From Candidatus Latescibacterota bacterium (lineage in GTDB: Bacteria > Latescibacterota > UBA2968 > UBA8231): DNA of 64,000 bases. The notes under the pieces were generated by a model. That model worked only from the letters and a program-made list of their open reading frames with translations. It ran no database searches and was not told where the DNA came from. Shown here in pieces: positions 18,596 to 28,752 of this stretch (the stretch's first letter is position 1; the number at the start of each line of letters is the position of its first letter). Location of the stretch: assembly GCA_965203355.1 (NCBI GenBank), contig OZ241889.1, forward strand, positions 3,712,001 to 3,776,000, in the 5' to 3' direction. The translations under genes were made by a program, and so were the position numbers.

Positions 18596-20902
18596 TCAGC
18601 CAGCCGCTACTTCTAGCGGCGGATGCAAGGCGGCGACGACTCGGTCTGGACTCATCGGCAGTTCACCGAGGCGGCAACCAATAGCGTCGTAGATGGCGTT
18701 GGCAATCGCGGCCATCGGCGGCACCAAGGGCACTTCGCCAACGCCGCGGATCCCGTGCGGGCTGGCCGGGTTGGGCACTTCGACCAAAATCGTCTCGATC
18801 AAGGGAATGTCAAAGGTCGTAGGCATCCGATAGTCGAGGAAGGTCGGGTTGGCCATCTGGCCATCGTCCGTGTAGAAGTAGCCCTCTGTGAGCGCCCAGC
18901 CAATGCCCTGCACGGCCCCGCCTTGGATCTGGCCCTCGACGTACGAGGGATGAATGGCCTTGCCCACGTCTTGCACGGCCGTGTAGCGCAAAATCTCGAC
19001 TTTGCCGGTGTCTGGATCGATCTCCACATCGACGATATGCACGGCAAAGGCATTGCCCGGACCGCCGGCGTTGATCGTGCCCTTGCCGGTGATCGGGCCG
19101 CCGGTGCTGCCCTGATTGGCGGCGACCTCCGCAAAGGTGAGCCGCTGCGTGGGATCGGACTTGCAGACAAAGCTGCCGTCCGCAAACTCGATATCGTCCT
19201 CGGCGACCTCTAGCTGCCGGGCAGCACGCCGGCACATTTCGGCCTTGACGTCTTCAGCCGCGTTGTAGCAGGCGTGGCCGGTGGCATAGCACACGCGGCT
19301 GCCACCAGTGCCGCCGGTAAAACCAATCGAGCTGGTGTCCGGGATCGAGGGGTTGACGTCCTCGGCCCGCAGGCCCAAGGTCTCGGCGACGATCATGGCC
19401 ATGGCGGCACGGCTACCGCCGATGTCAACCGAGCCTTCGGTGAGGTTGATCGTGCCGTTGTCGTTGACCGCAATGGCCGCCGAAGACATGCCACCGCCAT
19501 TAAACCAAAAGCCACTGGCCACGCCGCGCCCCCGATAAGGGCCTTCGAGCGGGCTGTGGTAGTGCTCCGAGTCCTGAGCAGCGCGCGTGGTTTCCTCGCA
19601 GCCGATCCGCTTGTACACCGTGCCATCGGCGCGGCGCGTCCCCTCTTTGGCCGCGTTCTGTAGCCGCATCTCCAGCGGGTCCACGCCGATCTTTTCGGCC
19701 AACTCGTCGATGACGCTTTCCGAGGCAAAGGCCGCATTGGGTGCCCCAGGCGCGCGGTAGGCCGAGGACTTGGGCTTGTTCACTACCACGTCGTACGCGT
19801 CGATGGTGACGTTGGCGATGTTGTAAGGCGCGAGAATGCACTGCGCCCCAGCCCCCACGGCCGAGCCGGGATAAGCCCCGGCCTCGTACGCCATGTAGCA
19901 GTGGGCCGCGGTGATGGTGCCGTCGTTTTTGGCCCCCATCTTAACCTTTATATAGGAACCAGGGGCCGGGCCAGTCCCCTGAAAGACCTCGGTGCGGCTC
20001 ATGATCATTTTGACCGGCTGGCCGGTTTTGTGCGACATAATGGCCGCGGCCGGCTCCATATAGGTGGGAAACTTGCCGCCGAAGCCGCCGCCGATTTCGC
20101 AGGGAATAACCTTGACCTTGGAGACTGGCACGTTGAGCACTTCCGACACCTGCGAGCGGATCTCAAACGGCCCTTGCGTGCTCACCCACACGGTGACGCT
20201 GCCGTCGTTCTTCCACCAGACAGTCGTGTTATGCGGCTCAATGTAACCTTGATGAATGGTCGCCGTGTGAAATTCGCGCTCGACGATCGCGTCGGCCTCG
20301 GCAAAACCCGCTGCGAGGTCGCCCATGGCGTGCTGGTTGTGCGTGGCGATATTGCTCTGCTTGCCCGTGTCCTCTCCGAGGGCACGCGTGGTGCGGTTTT
20401 CGTCGAGCAGCGGGGCATCGTCGCGCATGGCCTCGCGGACATCGACGACCGGCTCCAAGACCTTGTATTCGACCTCGATTAGGTCGAGGGCCTCTTCGGC
20501 GATGTGGGGGCTTACGGCGCAGACCGCGGCGACAGCGTGGCCGACGTAGAGCACCTTGTCCGAGGCCAGCGAGTTTTTGGCGATCTCGCGGACGTTGACG
20601 GTGGTTTCGCCGATGTTAGAGAGCTTATCCACGGTCTCGACCAAATCGTCGGCCGTGGCCACGGCGCGTACTCCGTCGAGCGCGAGGGCCTTGGAGGTGT
20701 CGATCGAGCGGATCTCGGCGTGGGGATGCGGGCTGCGCAGGACCTTGCCGTAGAGCAGCCCCGGCAAGCGCACGTCAGCCCCGTACACCGCCGCCCCGGT
20801 GACCTTATCGACGCCATCGTGGCGGATGGGGCGGGTGCCGATGACTTTGTACTTGCCGTCGGCTGTGTAGTTGGGATAATTTTTGCTGGAAAAAGCAGCC
20901 AT
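18596..20902 (-). CDS. xanthine dehydrogenase/CoxL-family molybdopterin-binding subunit
   Basis: KVTG.A.Y, RSPHPHA, GGGFGGK, AYRAPG, EGQIQGG, GVGE. Confidence 0.92.
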   Translation of the reverse strand: MAAFSSKNYPNYTADGKYKVIGTRPIRHDGVDKVTGAAVYGADVRLPGLLYGKVLRSPHPHAEIRSIDTSKALALDGVRAVATADDLVETVDKLSNIGETTVNVREIAKNSLASDKVLYVGHAVAAVCAVSPHIAEEALDLIEVEYKVLEPVVDVREAMRDDAPLLDENRTTRALGEDTGKQSNIATHNQHAMGDLAAGFAEADAIVEREFHTATIHQGYIEPHNTTVWWKNDGSVTVWVSTQGPFEIRSQVSEVLNVPVSKVKVIPCEIGGGFGGKFPTYMEPAAAIMSHKTGQPVKMIMSRTEVFQGTGPAPGSYIKVKMGAKNDGTITAAHCYMAYEAGAYPGSAVGAGAQCILAPYNIANVTIDAYDVVVNKPKSSAYRAPGAPNAAFASESVIDELAEKIGVDPLEMRLQNAAKEGTRRADGTVYKRIGCEETTRAAQDSEHYHSPLEGPYRGRGVASGFWFNGGGMSSAAIAVNDNGTINLTEGSVDIGGSRAAMAMIVAETLGLRAEDVNPSIPDTSSIGFTGGTGGSRVCYATGHACYNAAEDVKAEMCRRAARQLEVAEDDIEFADGSFVCKSDPTQRLTFAEVAANQGSTGGPITGKGTINAGGPGNAFAVHIVDVEIDPDTGKVEILRYTAVQDVGKAIHPSYVEGQIQGGAVQGIGWALTEGYFYTDDGQMANPTFLDYRMPTTFDIPLIETILVEVPNPASPHGIRGVGEVPLVPPMAAIANAIYDAIGCRLGELPMSPDRVVAALHPPLEVAAG

Positions 20903-20982
20903 GAAACACTCCTTATTTAGGAATTGAGAATTCGCGATTCGTAATTTGAATGCGATAACTTACGGCGTCAAGTGAACCTTTT

Positions 20983-21702
20983 ATGACTATTCTTTGGCAA
21001 ATCCCGTCGGGCTGGCCGCGGCTCGGCGACGATGAAATCCACGTCTGGTGCGTCGAGTTGGACGCGGCCGGTGAAGGGGCCGCGCTCGCGGCTTGTCTAA
21101 GCGAAGAAGAGCGCGAGCGGGCGGGCGGTTTGCGCTCTGGTGCCCATCAGCGACGCTTTGTAGTGGCCCGGGGAATGTTGCGCCGCCTCTTGGGACGCTA
21201 CCTCGACCGAGATCCCGGCGCGGTAACTTTTTCACGCGGCGCACACGGCAAGCCCTTTCTGCAAGAGGGCGGGCTACATTTCAACGTGTCCCATACCCGC
21301 GAATTAGCGCTGTACGCGATAGCGCAAAGCCGCGAGGTCGGTGTCGATGTAGAGTGGATGCGGCCCCAAATCGCGCACGAGCCAATTGCCGCGCGCTTCT
21401 TTTCACTCGAAGAGCAAGAAGCGCTGGCGCAGGTGCCGGACGAAGAGCGACGAACCGCTTTTTACCACATCTGGACGCGCAAGGAAGCCTACGTCAAGGC
21501 GCGGGGCGACGGAATCGCCGCTGGCCTCGGCACCTTTGCGGTGTCACTTGGAGCGGCGGCCGCGCTTTTGCGCTCGGACGAGGGGCAAGACGAAGTAGAG
21601 CGGTGGAAGCTGATGGCACTGGAACCGGCGGACGGATACGCGGCGGCTTTGTGCGGGGCTGGCGTGGATTGGCGGCTGCGGAGTTGGCGCGGGCGGCCTT
21701 AG
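20983..21702 (+). CDS. Sfp-type 4'-phosphopantetheinyl transferase
   Basis: GKP, FNVSH, VGVDVE, WTRKEAYVKARG. Confidence 0.92.
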   Translation: MTILWQIPSGWPRLGDDEIHVWCVELDAAGEGAALAACLSEEERERAGGLRSGAHQRRFVVARGMLRRLLGRYLDRDPGAVTFSRGAHGKPFLQEGGLHFNVSHTRELALYAIAQSREVGVDVEWMRPQIAHEPIAARFFSLEEQEALAQVPDEERRTAFYHIWTRKEAYVKARGDGIAAGLGTFAVSLGAAAALLRSDEGQDEVERWKLMALEPADGYAAALCGAGVDWRLRSWRGRP

Positions 21703-21767
21703 ACGATCCGCCCGGGGGGCGACCTTTAGCGTTTCGGCCACTATTTAAAAAATCTGTCAGCAAGAAA

Positions 21768-22517
21768 TCAAATAATCCGCTGCGTCACCACGCCGTGCAG
21801 ATCCATCTCAAAGTCAATTGCTACAACCGGCGGCCGAGCATAGTGCCAACGCACCCCACCGCGCCGCACCGCACTCATCGCCGGCAGGAGAATCTCTTCG
21901 AGTAGGTCCGCCAAGGGATAGATGGTGTACACGTCAACCGCGTCGATCAGTGCCCACGTCCCGCCAAGGCCCGCGAGCCGCTCGCCCATAACCTGCGCCA
22001 CATAAGCGGCCTTCTCGCGCATGGCCGCGGGCGACCTATCGCCAGGGCGGATAATCCCCTCGGTCGCGAGGTGTCCCTCCCGCAACTCGCCCGCCCCGGC
22101 CACGATCAGGGTTTTGCGCTCAATCCGGCCGTTGGGAACCGCATAGGAAAAGGCGTACAGCGAAGGCACAGACGGCGGATCGCACGCGGGCGCGACGTTT
22201 GTCCGGGCCACCGGATTGAGCGCATCCACGTACAAACCCCACGCCCGCAAAACAGCGCAGTACTCGCGGTTGAAGTCGATAAATCCCGGCATGGTAAAAG
22301 GCGCGGGCGAGCGCAGCTCCATCGCGCAGAGCGAGACGCGGTCGCAGCCTTCGGCTGCCAGATGTGCGTCCACGCGCTCAAAGCCCTCGCGCCAAGGCCG
22401 CGGCTCGGCCAGCACGACGCGGACGATCTCCCAGCCCGGCTCGGCAACAACGCCACAGGAATAGGGGTCAATGCCGCGAAGAAAGCGATAGTGTCCTTTG
22501 GGATGTGCGATCAACAT
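21768..22517 (-). CDS. CnbZ-like (2-amino-5-chloromuconate deaminase-like, RidA fold) protein
   Basis: YRFLRGIDPYSCGV, ELRSPAPF, NPVARTNVAP, RPPV...DFEMD. Confidence 0.7.
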   Translation of the reverse strand: MLIAHPKGHYRFLRGIDPYSCGVVAEPGWEIVRVVLAEPRPWREGFERVDAHLAAEGCDRVSLCAMELRSPAPFTMPGFIDFNREYCAVLRAWGLYVDALNPVARTNVAPACDPPSVPSLYAFSYAVPNGRIERKTLIVAGAGELREGHLATEGIIRPGDRSPAAMREKAAYVAQVMGERLAGLGGTWALIDAVDVYTIYPLADLLEEILLPAMSAVRRGGVRWHYARPPVVAIDFEMDLHGVVTQRII

Positions 22518-22625
22518 GATGCCTCAAGGTCGCCCACGCCGTCCTAGGCGTCAAGGTCTCTTGCTGAAACGGACGCCTTATTTATATTCCCTTCCCTGCA
22601 ACCCAATCCCCAATTCCTAACTCCA

Positions 22626-23582
22626 ATGCCCTACAAAGTCCTGCTCCGCTCGGAAATCGAACCGTATCACACCATCGTCCCCATGATCGAGGAACGCGCC
22701 GAGATCGCGCACTGGAATCCGCTGCACCCACAGCCCCCGGCCGAACTGCTCCGCACCATCGAAGGCGTGTACAACTACGGCCACCACGCCTTCACCGCCG
22801 CATACATGGATCTCATGCCCGACCTCCGCGTCATCAGCAACTACGGCGTCGGCGTCGATCACATCGACCTCCAAGCCGCCCAAGAGCGCGGCATCCCCGT
22901 AGGCAACACGCCCAACGTCCTCGACGGCGCAACAGCCGACCTGACCTTCGCCTTGCTCTTGGCTGCGGCGCGCAACCTCATCCAAGGCGACCGTTTTGCG
23001 CGCGGCCCGGATTTTGTCGCCTACGATCCGAGTTTCATGCTGGGCCAAGAAGTCCACCACCAAGTCCTCGGCATCATCGGGTTGGGCAGCATCGGCTACC
23101 AAGTAGCGCGCCGCGCACTGGCCTTCGACATGACCGTCTTGTACCACAACCGCCAGCGCAATCCCAAGGCCGAAGCCGCCCTCGGAGTGCGCTACGTTGG
23201 GCTGGATGAGCTGCTCCGGCAGGCGGATTTCGTGGCCTTGAACATGCCGTTGACCGATCAGACGCGCGGCCTGATCGGTCGGCGCGAGCTGGGCCTGATG
23301 AAAAAGTCGGCCGTGCTGGTCAACGCCGCGCGCGGAGGCGTCGTCGATCACGACGCACTAGTAGAAACCCTGCAAAACGGCGGCCTCCACGCCGCCGCCC
23401 TCGACGTAACCGAACCCGAACCCCTCCCCCGCGACCACCCCCTGCTCGCATTGGACAACCTCGTTGTCATACCCCACCTAGGCAGCGCAACGCACCAGAC
23501 GCGCCAAGCCATGGCCGAGCGGTCGGTCGGCAACCTGCTAGCCGGGTTGGAGGGCCGAGAACTTTTGAGTCGCATCGTCTAA
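22626..23582 (+). CDS. D-2-hydroxyacid dehydrogenase (glyoxylate reductase-like)
   Basis: [40 protein letters not shown]. Confidence 0.92.
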   Translation: MPYKVLLRSEIEPYHTIVPMIEERAEIAHWNPLHPQPPAELLRTIEGVYNYGHHAFTAAYMDLMPDLRVISNYGVGVDHIDLQAAQERGIPVGNTPNVLDGATADLTFALLLAAARNLIQGDRFARGPDFVAYDPSFMLGQEVHHQVLGIIGLGSIGYQVARRALAFDMTVLYHNRQRNPKAEAALGVRYVGLDELLRQADFVALNMPLTDQTRGLIGRRELGLMKKSAVLVNAARGGVVDHDALVETLQNGGLHAAALDVTEPEPLPRDHPLLALDNLVVIPHLGSATHQTRQAMAERSVGNLLAGLEGRELLSRIV

Positions 23583-23593
23583 AAAGGAGCACA

Positions 23594-24529
23594 ATGAGCA
23601 CCAATCACCACTACAAGGTCGCCATCATCGGCTCGGGTCCAGCCGGACTGACGGCCGCGCTGTACGCGGCCCGAGCCGACCTAGCCCCGCTGGTTCTCGA
23701 AGGCTTGCAGCCGGGCGGCCAGCTAACCATTACCACGGACGTAGAAAACTACCCAGGCTTTCCCGACGGCATCATGGGGCCAGAACTCGTCGATCGGATG
23801 CGCCAGCAGGCCCAGCGCTTTGGGGCCGAGTGCCAATTCAAAATTGCCACTGAAGTCGATTTGTCCAAGCGGCCTTTTGCCGTCACAAGCGACGACGACG
23901 CCTACACATGCGATGCCCTAATCATCGCCACCGGCGCGTCGGCGCGGCTCCTCGGCTTGGAATCCGAGACGCGGCTCATGGGGCACGGGGTCTCGGCCTG
24001 CGCCACCTGCGACGGCTTTTTCTTCCGCGACAAGGCGCTAGTCGTCGTCGGCGGCGGCGACTCGGCTATGGAGGAAGGAACCTACCTGACGAAATTCGCC
24101 TCCAAGGTCACCATCGTCCACCGCCGCGCCGAGTTCCGCGCCTCCAAAATCATGCTCAAGCGCGCACAGGACAACGACAAGATCGACTTCGTGGTCAACG
24201 CCACGGTCGCGGAAATTTTACAGGCGGACGACGAGTTGACCGTGCGCGGAGTCCGGCTCGCGGACACCCAAACGGGTCAGACCCGCGAATTCCCCTGCGA
24301 GGGCGTCTTTATGGCCATCGGCCACGTACCCAACTCCCAGCTTTTCGCCGGCGCGTTGGCCATGGACGAGCAAGGCTACATCCTCACCAAGCCGGATTCG
24401 ACCGCGACCGCCATCCCCGGCGTTTTCGCCTGCGGCGACGTCCAGGACGCCGCGTACCGCCAAGCCGTCACCGCGGCGGGCAGCGGATGTATGGCAGCGA
24501 TTGAAGCCGAGCGGTTCTTAGCGCATTGA
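23594..24529 (+). CDS. trxB: thioredoxin-disulfide reductase
   Basis: GSGPAG, GGQL, CATCDG, GGGDSA, GD...YRQA. Confidence 0.96.
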   Translation: MSTNHHYKVAIIGSGPAGLTAALYAARADLAPLVLEGLQPGGQLTITTDVENYPGFPDGIMGPELVDRMRQQAQRFGAECQFKIATEVDLSKRPFAVTSDDDAYTCDALIIATGASARLLGLESETRLMGHGVSACATCDGFFFRDKALVVVGGGDSAMEEGTYLTKFASKVTIVHRRAEFRASKIMLKRAQDNDKIDFVVNATVAEILQADDELTVRGVRLADTQTGQTREFPCEGVFMAIGHVPNSQLFAGALAMDEQGYILTKPDSTATAIPGVFACGDVQDAAYRQAVTAAGSGCMAAIEAERFLAH

Positions 24530-24536
24530 GAAGTTC

Positions 24537-25307
24537 CTAACTCCCATCCCACAAGGCGCGGGTGATTTCGCCGAACTCGCGCGGCGTGACAGTGTACACG
24601 GGCTTGCTCTTGATCTTCTTGCTCAAACGGGCGAGAGCGGCGGCCGGGACGATCTGCTGGACTTGTTCTTGGCGGCGGGCAAAGAGGCTTTCCAAGACCT
24701 GCCGAAAAAACGCCTCGGACGGCACGGCAAACTTGGGCTTGGTGCGCTTGATGAGCACGAGCGCGCTATCGACTTCGGGGCGGGGCCAAAAGGCGTCTTT
24801 GCCCACCGACTCGATCCACTCTGCTTGGGCCAATCGCCCAACGGCGACCCCGATCCGACAATAGCCCTTTTGCCCGACCGGGGCACACAGCCGCTGGCCC
24901 AGCCGCTTGGGCAACATGAGCACGGCGCGCTCGAATCGCTGGTTTAGCAGCTTGAATACAATGGGCAGGGCCACTTGATACGGCAGATTGGCTACTACCT
25001 TGTCAAAACGCGGAAAATCCACGGCCAACGCATCGCCCCATAGTACCCTGAGATGCCCGTGCCGCCGCTGCAACGGCTTCAGACACCGAGCAAACTGGCG
25101 GTCTTGCTCTATCGCCACGACTTGCCCGGCGCGCGCTACCAAAAACTGCGTTAGATTGCCGATCCCAGCCCCGATCTCCAGCACCGTATCGCCGGCCGCA
25201 AGGTCGGCGCAAGCCACTGCCCGGCGCAGCACGGCCGGGTCGGCGAGAAAGTTTTGGCCGCGATTTTTCTTGGGGCGAATGGCGTAGCGAGTTAAGAGGG
25301 ATTGCAT
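24537..25307 (-). CDS. rsmA: 16S rRNA adenine dimethyltransferase family (RsmA/KsgA/Dim1)
   Basis: GQNFL, VLEIGAGIG, VANLPY, F.PRPEVDS; divergent C-terminus. Confidence 0.75.
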   Translation of the reverse strand: MQSLLTRYAIRPKKNRGQNFLADPAVLRRAVACADLAAGDTVLEIGAGIGNLTQFLVARAGQVVAIEQDRQFARCLKPLQRRHGHLRVLWGDALAVDFPRFDKVVANLPYQVALPIVFKLLNQRFERAVLMLPKRLGQRLCAPVGQKGYCRIGVAVGRLAQAEWIESVGKDAFWPRPEVDSALVLIKRTKPKFAVPSEAFFRQVLESLFARRQEQVQQIVPAAALARLSKKIKSKPVYTVTPREFGEITRALWDGS

Positions 25308-25385
25308 TCGGATTATTCTGCGTCCGGGCGAATGCTGTTGAATTCGGGTTGTGTCAAGTAGCTAGCAACTCCTAAGGCCCAATGC

Positions 25386-26360
25386 TCAATCCCGAACTCG
25401 CAGGACGACCTTGCCGATATTGCGGTTTTGCCGCAGGATGTCTTGGGCGTCGGCCGCGCGCTCAATGGGCAACACATCCTCGATCACGGCTCTCATGCGC
25501 CCGGCGACTAGCAGGGGCCAGAAGCGTTTTTTGAAGGCCGCGATAATCGCGGTTTTCTCCTCGTCCGAGCGGCTGCGCAAAACCGAGCCGATCAGCCGCA
25601 GCCGCTTTCTCTGTAGCTCCAAGAGGTCAATCTGAGCCTCGGCACCAGTCAGAACGGCGATGATCACGAGGCGGCCACCGGACTTGAGCAGTTGCACATT
25701 GCGCGACAAATAGCCCGCTCCCGCGATGTCGAGGATCACATCAACGCCGTCGGTGTGGGCGAGAATGGCCTCGGCAAAATCCCGCTCCTTGTAATTGACC
25801 CCAAACTCCGCGCCCAACGCTAGACAGTACGCCACCTTGGCCTCCGTACCGGCCGTAACGATGGCCTTGGCCTCGGCTGCGCGGCACAGTTGCACCGCGG
25901 CCGTGCCGACGCCGCTGCCCCCGCCGTGAATGAGGGCCGTCTCGCCGGCGCGCAAGCCCGCTTCGCGGAACAAATTGACAAAAGCAGTGAGAAAAACTTC
26001 GCAGATGGCCGCGCCCCACGTGAAGTCGCGGTCGCCGGGCAGAGGCAGCAAGTGGGTGGCGGGTACGGCCACGCGCTCGGCGTACCCACCGCCAGAGAGC
26101 AGACCCAAGACGCGGTCGCCGGGCTGCCACTGCGTTACAGCCGCGCCGACAGCACCGACCACGCCCGCCATTTCCAAGCCCATGTAGGGCGAAGCACCCG
26201 GCGGCGGCGGGTAGTTGCCGACGCGCTGGAGGAGGTCGGCGCGATTGACGGCGGTGGCATGTATATCGACGAGCACCTCGCTTGGTCCACAGGGCGGCTC
26301 TGGGACCTCTTGCCAGCAGAGCGAGTGGTCCAAGTCGTTAGCTACGACGATGGCTTTCAT
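25386..26360 (-). CDS. NAD(P)H:quinone oxidoreductase (PIG3/zeta-crystallin family)
   Basis: VNRAD..QR.G.YPPPPGAS, GGGYAE, HGGGSGVG, GKVVL. Confidence 0.9.
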   Translation of the reverse strand: MKAIVVANDLDHSLCWQEVPEPPCGPSEVLVDIHATAVNRADLLQRVGNYPPPPGASPYMGLEMAGVVGAVGAAVTQWQPGDRVLGLLSGGGYAERVAVPATHLLPLPGDRDFTWGAAICEVFLTAFVNLFREAGLRAGETALIHGGGSGVGTAAVQLCRAAEAKAIVTAGTEAKVAYCLALGAEFGVNYKERDFAEAILAHTDGVDVILDIAGAGYLSRNVQLLKSGGRLVIIAVLTGAEAQIDLLELQRKRLRLIGSVLRSRSDEEKTAIIAAFKKRFWPLLVAGRMRAVIEDVLPIERAADAQDILRQNRNIGKVVLRVRD

Positions 26361-26458
26361 GGTCTATAACTTTGACGTATCGAGCCGTAGGCCGCAAGTT
26401 TGACGCGCCAAGGGACAGGCGTACATTCTTAGGCCGCATTCAACAGAGCGCATCCAAC

Positions 26459-26971
26459 ATGACCAATATTGAAATCAAAGCGCATTATCCCGATGTCGAG
26501 CGCGCCGAAGAAAACCTCAACGCCCTCGGCGCCGGGCTAGCCGGGACCTTCCACCAGAAGGACACCTATTTCAACGTCGCCCAAGGGCGGCTCAAACTGC
26601 GCGAGCTTGGCACCGATGAAGGTCATCTGATTTTCTACCACCGCGAGGACCTAACCGGCCCCAAGCGCAGCGACTACGAGATCGCCAAAACCGAAGATCC
26701 CGATGGCCTGCGCAACATCCTCAGCAGCATCCACGGCATCTGGGTCGAAGTAGAAAAGACGCGCCAAGTCTGGCTGTGGGAAAACGTGCGCATCCACCTC
26801 GACGACGTAAAGGGCCTCGGCCAGTTCGTCGAGCTAGAGGCCGTGACCGAAGAAAAGGGCATTGAGGAGTCGCACCGGCGCGTCGAAGCCTTGATGCGGG
26901 CCTTGGAAATCACCGGCGATCAGCTAGTCGAAGGATCCTACGGAGATATTGTCGCCGCTAAAAACTTTTAG
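26459..26971 (+). CDS. CYTH domain protein (class IV adenylate cyclase-like)
   Basis: Start re-called at MTNIEIK; ExK, QKDTYF, RLKLRE, HLD.V.GLG.FVELE. Confidence 0.88.
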   Translation: MTNIEIKAHYPDVERAEENLNALGAGLAGTFHQKDTYFNVAQGRLKLRELGTDEGHLIFYHREDLTGPKRSDYEIAKTEDPDGLRNILSSIHGIWVEVEKTRQVWLWENVRIHLDDVKGLGQFVELEAVTEEKGIEESHRRVEALMRALEITGDQLVEGSYGDIVAAKNF

Positions 26972-27218
26972 AAGCGTTTTTAAAACGCTCGTCGGACTAC
27001 TTCAACGGGCCGTCGAGCGGTTCCTGGATCGGGCGTTTTTCGCGGGCGAGATTCCAGTACTACTAGGCTTTTTGGGGGATCAAAAAACAATAAGAATAAT
27101 TTTAAAAAGGCTTCTTAGAAGCGTTTTTAAAACGCTCGTCGAGCGGCTCCCACGTCGGGCGTTTTTCGCGGGCGAGATTCCATTGCTACTTTTACAATTA
27201 AGAGGAATCTTAAAAAGC
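26968..27218. repeat. imperfect tandem duplication containing palindromes
   Basis: TTAGAAGCGTTTTTAAAACGCTCGTCG at 26968 and 27115, each followed by TCGGGCGTTTTTCGCGGGCGAGATTCCA. Confidence 0.8.
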
Positions 27219-27385
27219 CGCGTCGCGCAACCTCTGCTACGCGCGTGCTGCGATTTCCTCTACTGGTCGCCATCGTGCCATCTTCGCCGCTTCAGCCGAA
27301 TAAACTCGGCTGCTCGCTTGCTCTTTCCGTTGACCTCTTGCGGAATCGCCGCTTTGGCGCGAAAAACGCTCAGTCGCCCCTTTCC

Positions 27386-28744
27386 CTACCCAAACAACCT
27401 TTCCACCTCGTCGCACAACAAGGCGGCTTCCTCGGCGCTTGCGCTCTCGGCAATGACCCGGACAATGGGTTCGGTATTGGAGGCGCGGAGGTGGATCCAC
27501 GGGCATTCGAGCCGCCCGCTCAGGTAGAGTTTGGAACCATCGCACACCGGGTGGATGTACGCTTGGGGGTAGCGGTCGTGCAGCGCGGCAAGGGCGGCGG
27601 CTAGCCGCTCTGGAGTACAAGTGATTTTGCGCTTGTCAATGGCGTAGCGGGGCAGTGCGGCGATCCGTTCTTCAAGCGACTGCCGCGCACCGGCCATCGC
27701 CTCCAGCACCAAGGCCAAGCCAAGGGCCGCATCGCGGCTGGGGCCCACTGAGGCGACGATGACGCCGCCGTTGCCCTCGCCGCCGATGACCGCTCCCTCA
27801 GCCATCATCTTCTCCACCACGTGAACCTCGCCGACCGCCGTGAGAAAAACCGGACAGTTGTGGGCCATGGCCGCGTCTGTGACCGCCTGCGAGGTGGAAA
27901 GGGTGGTGACGACCGGGCCGGGTTGCCGCGCCGCCACCGCTTGAACGGCCAGTGCCAGCGTGTAGTCTTCGCCCACGGGCACCCCCCTCGCATTGACCAA
28001 CGCGACCCGGTCGGCATCCGGGTCCATGGCAAAACCGACAGCGCAACCCCAGTCGCGCACGGCTTGGCCGAGCGGGCCGAGATTGGCGGGCACCGGCTCC
28101 GGGTCGTGGGCGAAATCGCCGTCGGGCCGCGCGTTGATAAGCCTAGCTTCAGCGCCTAAGGCATCGAGCAGGCGCGGAACCACCAAGGCCCCCGTGCCAT
28201 TGCAGGGATCGACAGCCACCTTGAATCCGGCTTGGCGAATGGCGGCGGCATCCACATAGTCCACGATTCGCTGCACGTGCCGCGCCACCACGGCGTCTGC
28301 GTCGATCGTGGCCAGCGCACCGGACGCCGCACCGCGAAATTCGCCCGCGTAAAAAAGAGCCTCCACGCGCGCGCCCTCTTCCGCATTGAGGAAGACGCCA
28401 TCGGCGCGCACCAGTTTGAGGCCGTTCCACCGGGCCGGGTTGTGGCTGGCTGTGATGATGATCGCGCCCGCGGCACCCAGCGCGGCGACCATCAGCTTGG
28501 CTCCGGGCGTGGAGCACATGCCCAAATCGACGACGCGACAGCCCGTCTGGCGCAAAGCGGTGGCCGCCACTTGGGCAAAAGTCGCGCCAGATGGGCGCGT
28601 GTCGCGCGCGAGGACGACGGTATCGCCCGGCGTCAAAGTGGTGCCAAAGGCCGCGGCAAAGCGCGCGACGACCGCATCGGTGAGCGACTCGCCGACGAGA
28701 CCGCGAATTCCAGAAATGCTGACGATGAGTGGGGCGTTAGACAT
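27386..28744 (-). CDS. phosphohexomutase (phosphoglucosamine/phosphomannomutase family)
   Basis: Start re-called at MSNAPLIVSISGIRG; TASHNP, DPDADR, GGEGNGG, RASNTEP. Confidence 0.92.
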   Translation of the reverse strand: MSNAPLIVSISGIRGLVGESLTDAVVARFAAAFGTTLTPGDTVVLARDTRPSGATFAQVAATALRQTGCRVVDLGMCSTPGAKLMVAALGAAGAIIITASHNPARWNGLKLVRADGVFLNAEEGARVEALFYAGEFRGAASGALATIDADAVVARHVQRIVDYVDAAAIRQAGFKVAVDPCNGTGALVVPRLLDALGAEARLINARPDGDFAHDPEPVPANLGPLGQAVRDWGCAVGFAMDPDADRVALVNARGVPVGEDYTLALAVQAVAARQPGPVVTTLSTSQAVTDAAMAHNCPVFLTAVGEVHVVEKMMAEGAVIGGEGNGGVIVASVGPSRDAALGLALVLEAMAGARQSLEERIAALPRYAIDKRKITCTPERLAAALAALHDRYPQAYIHPVCDGSKLYLSGRLECPWIHLRASNTEPIVRVIAESASAEEAALLCDEVERLFG

Positions 28745-28752
28745 AATTTTTC

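Noticed and set aside
18596-20902. Aerobic CO dehydrogenase
   Set aside because: Lacks AYxCSFR and adjacent coxM/coxS
22617-23351. 244-aa antisense ORF
   Set aside because: Shadow of the hydroxyacid dehydrogenase; expected from high-GC codon bias
26949-27527. 192-aa ORF with internal repeat
   Set aside because: Translation of the duplicated non-coding element; overlaps two real genes
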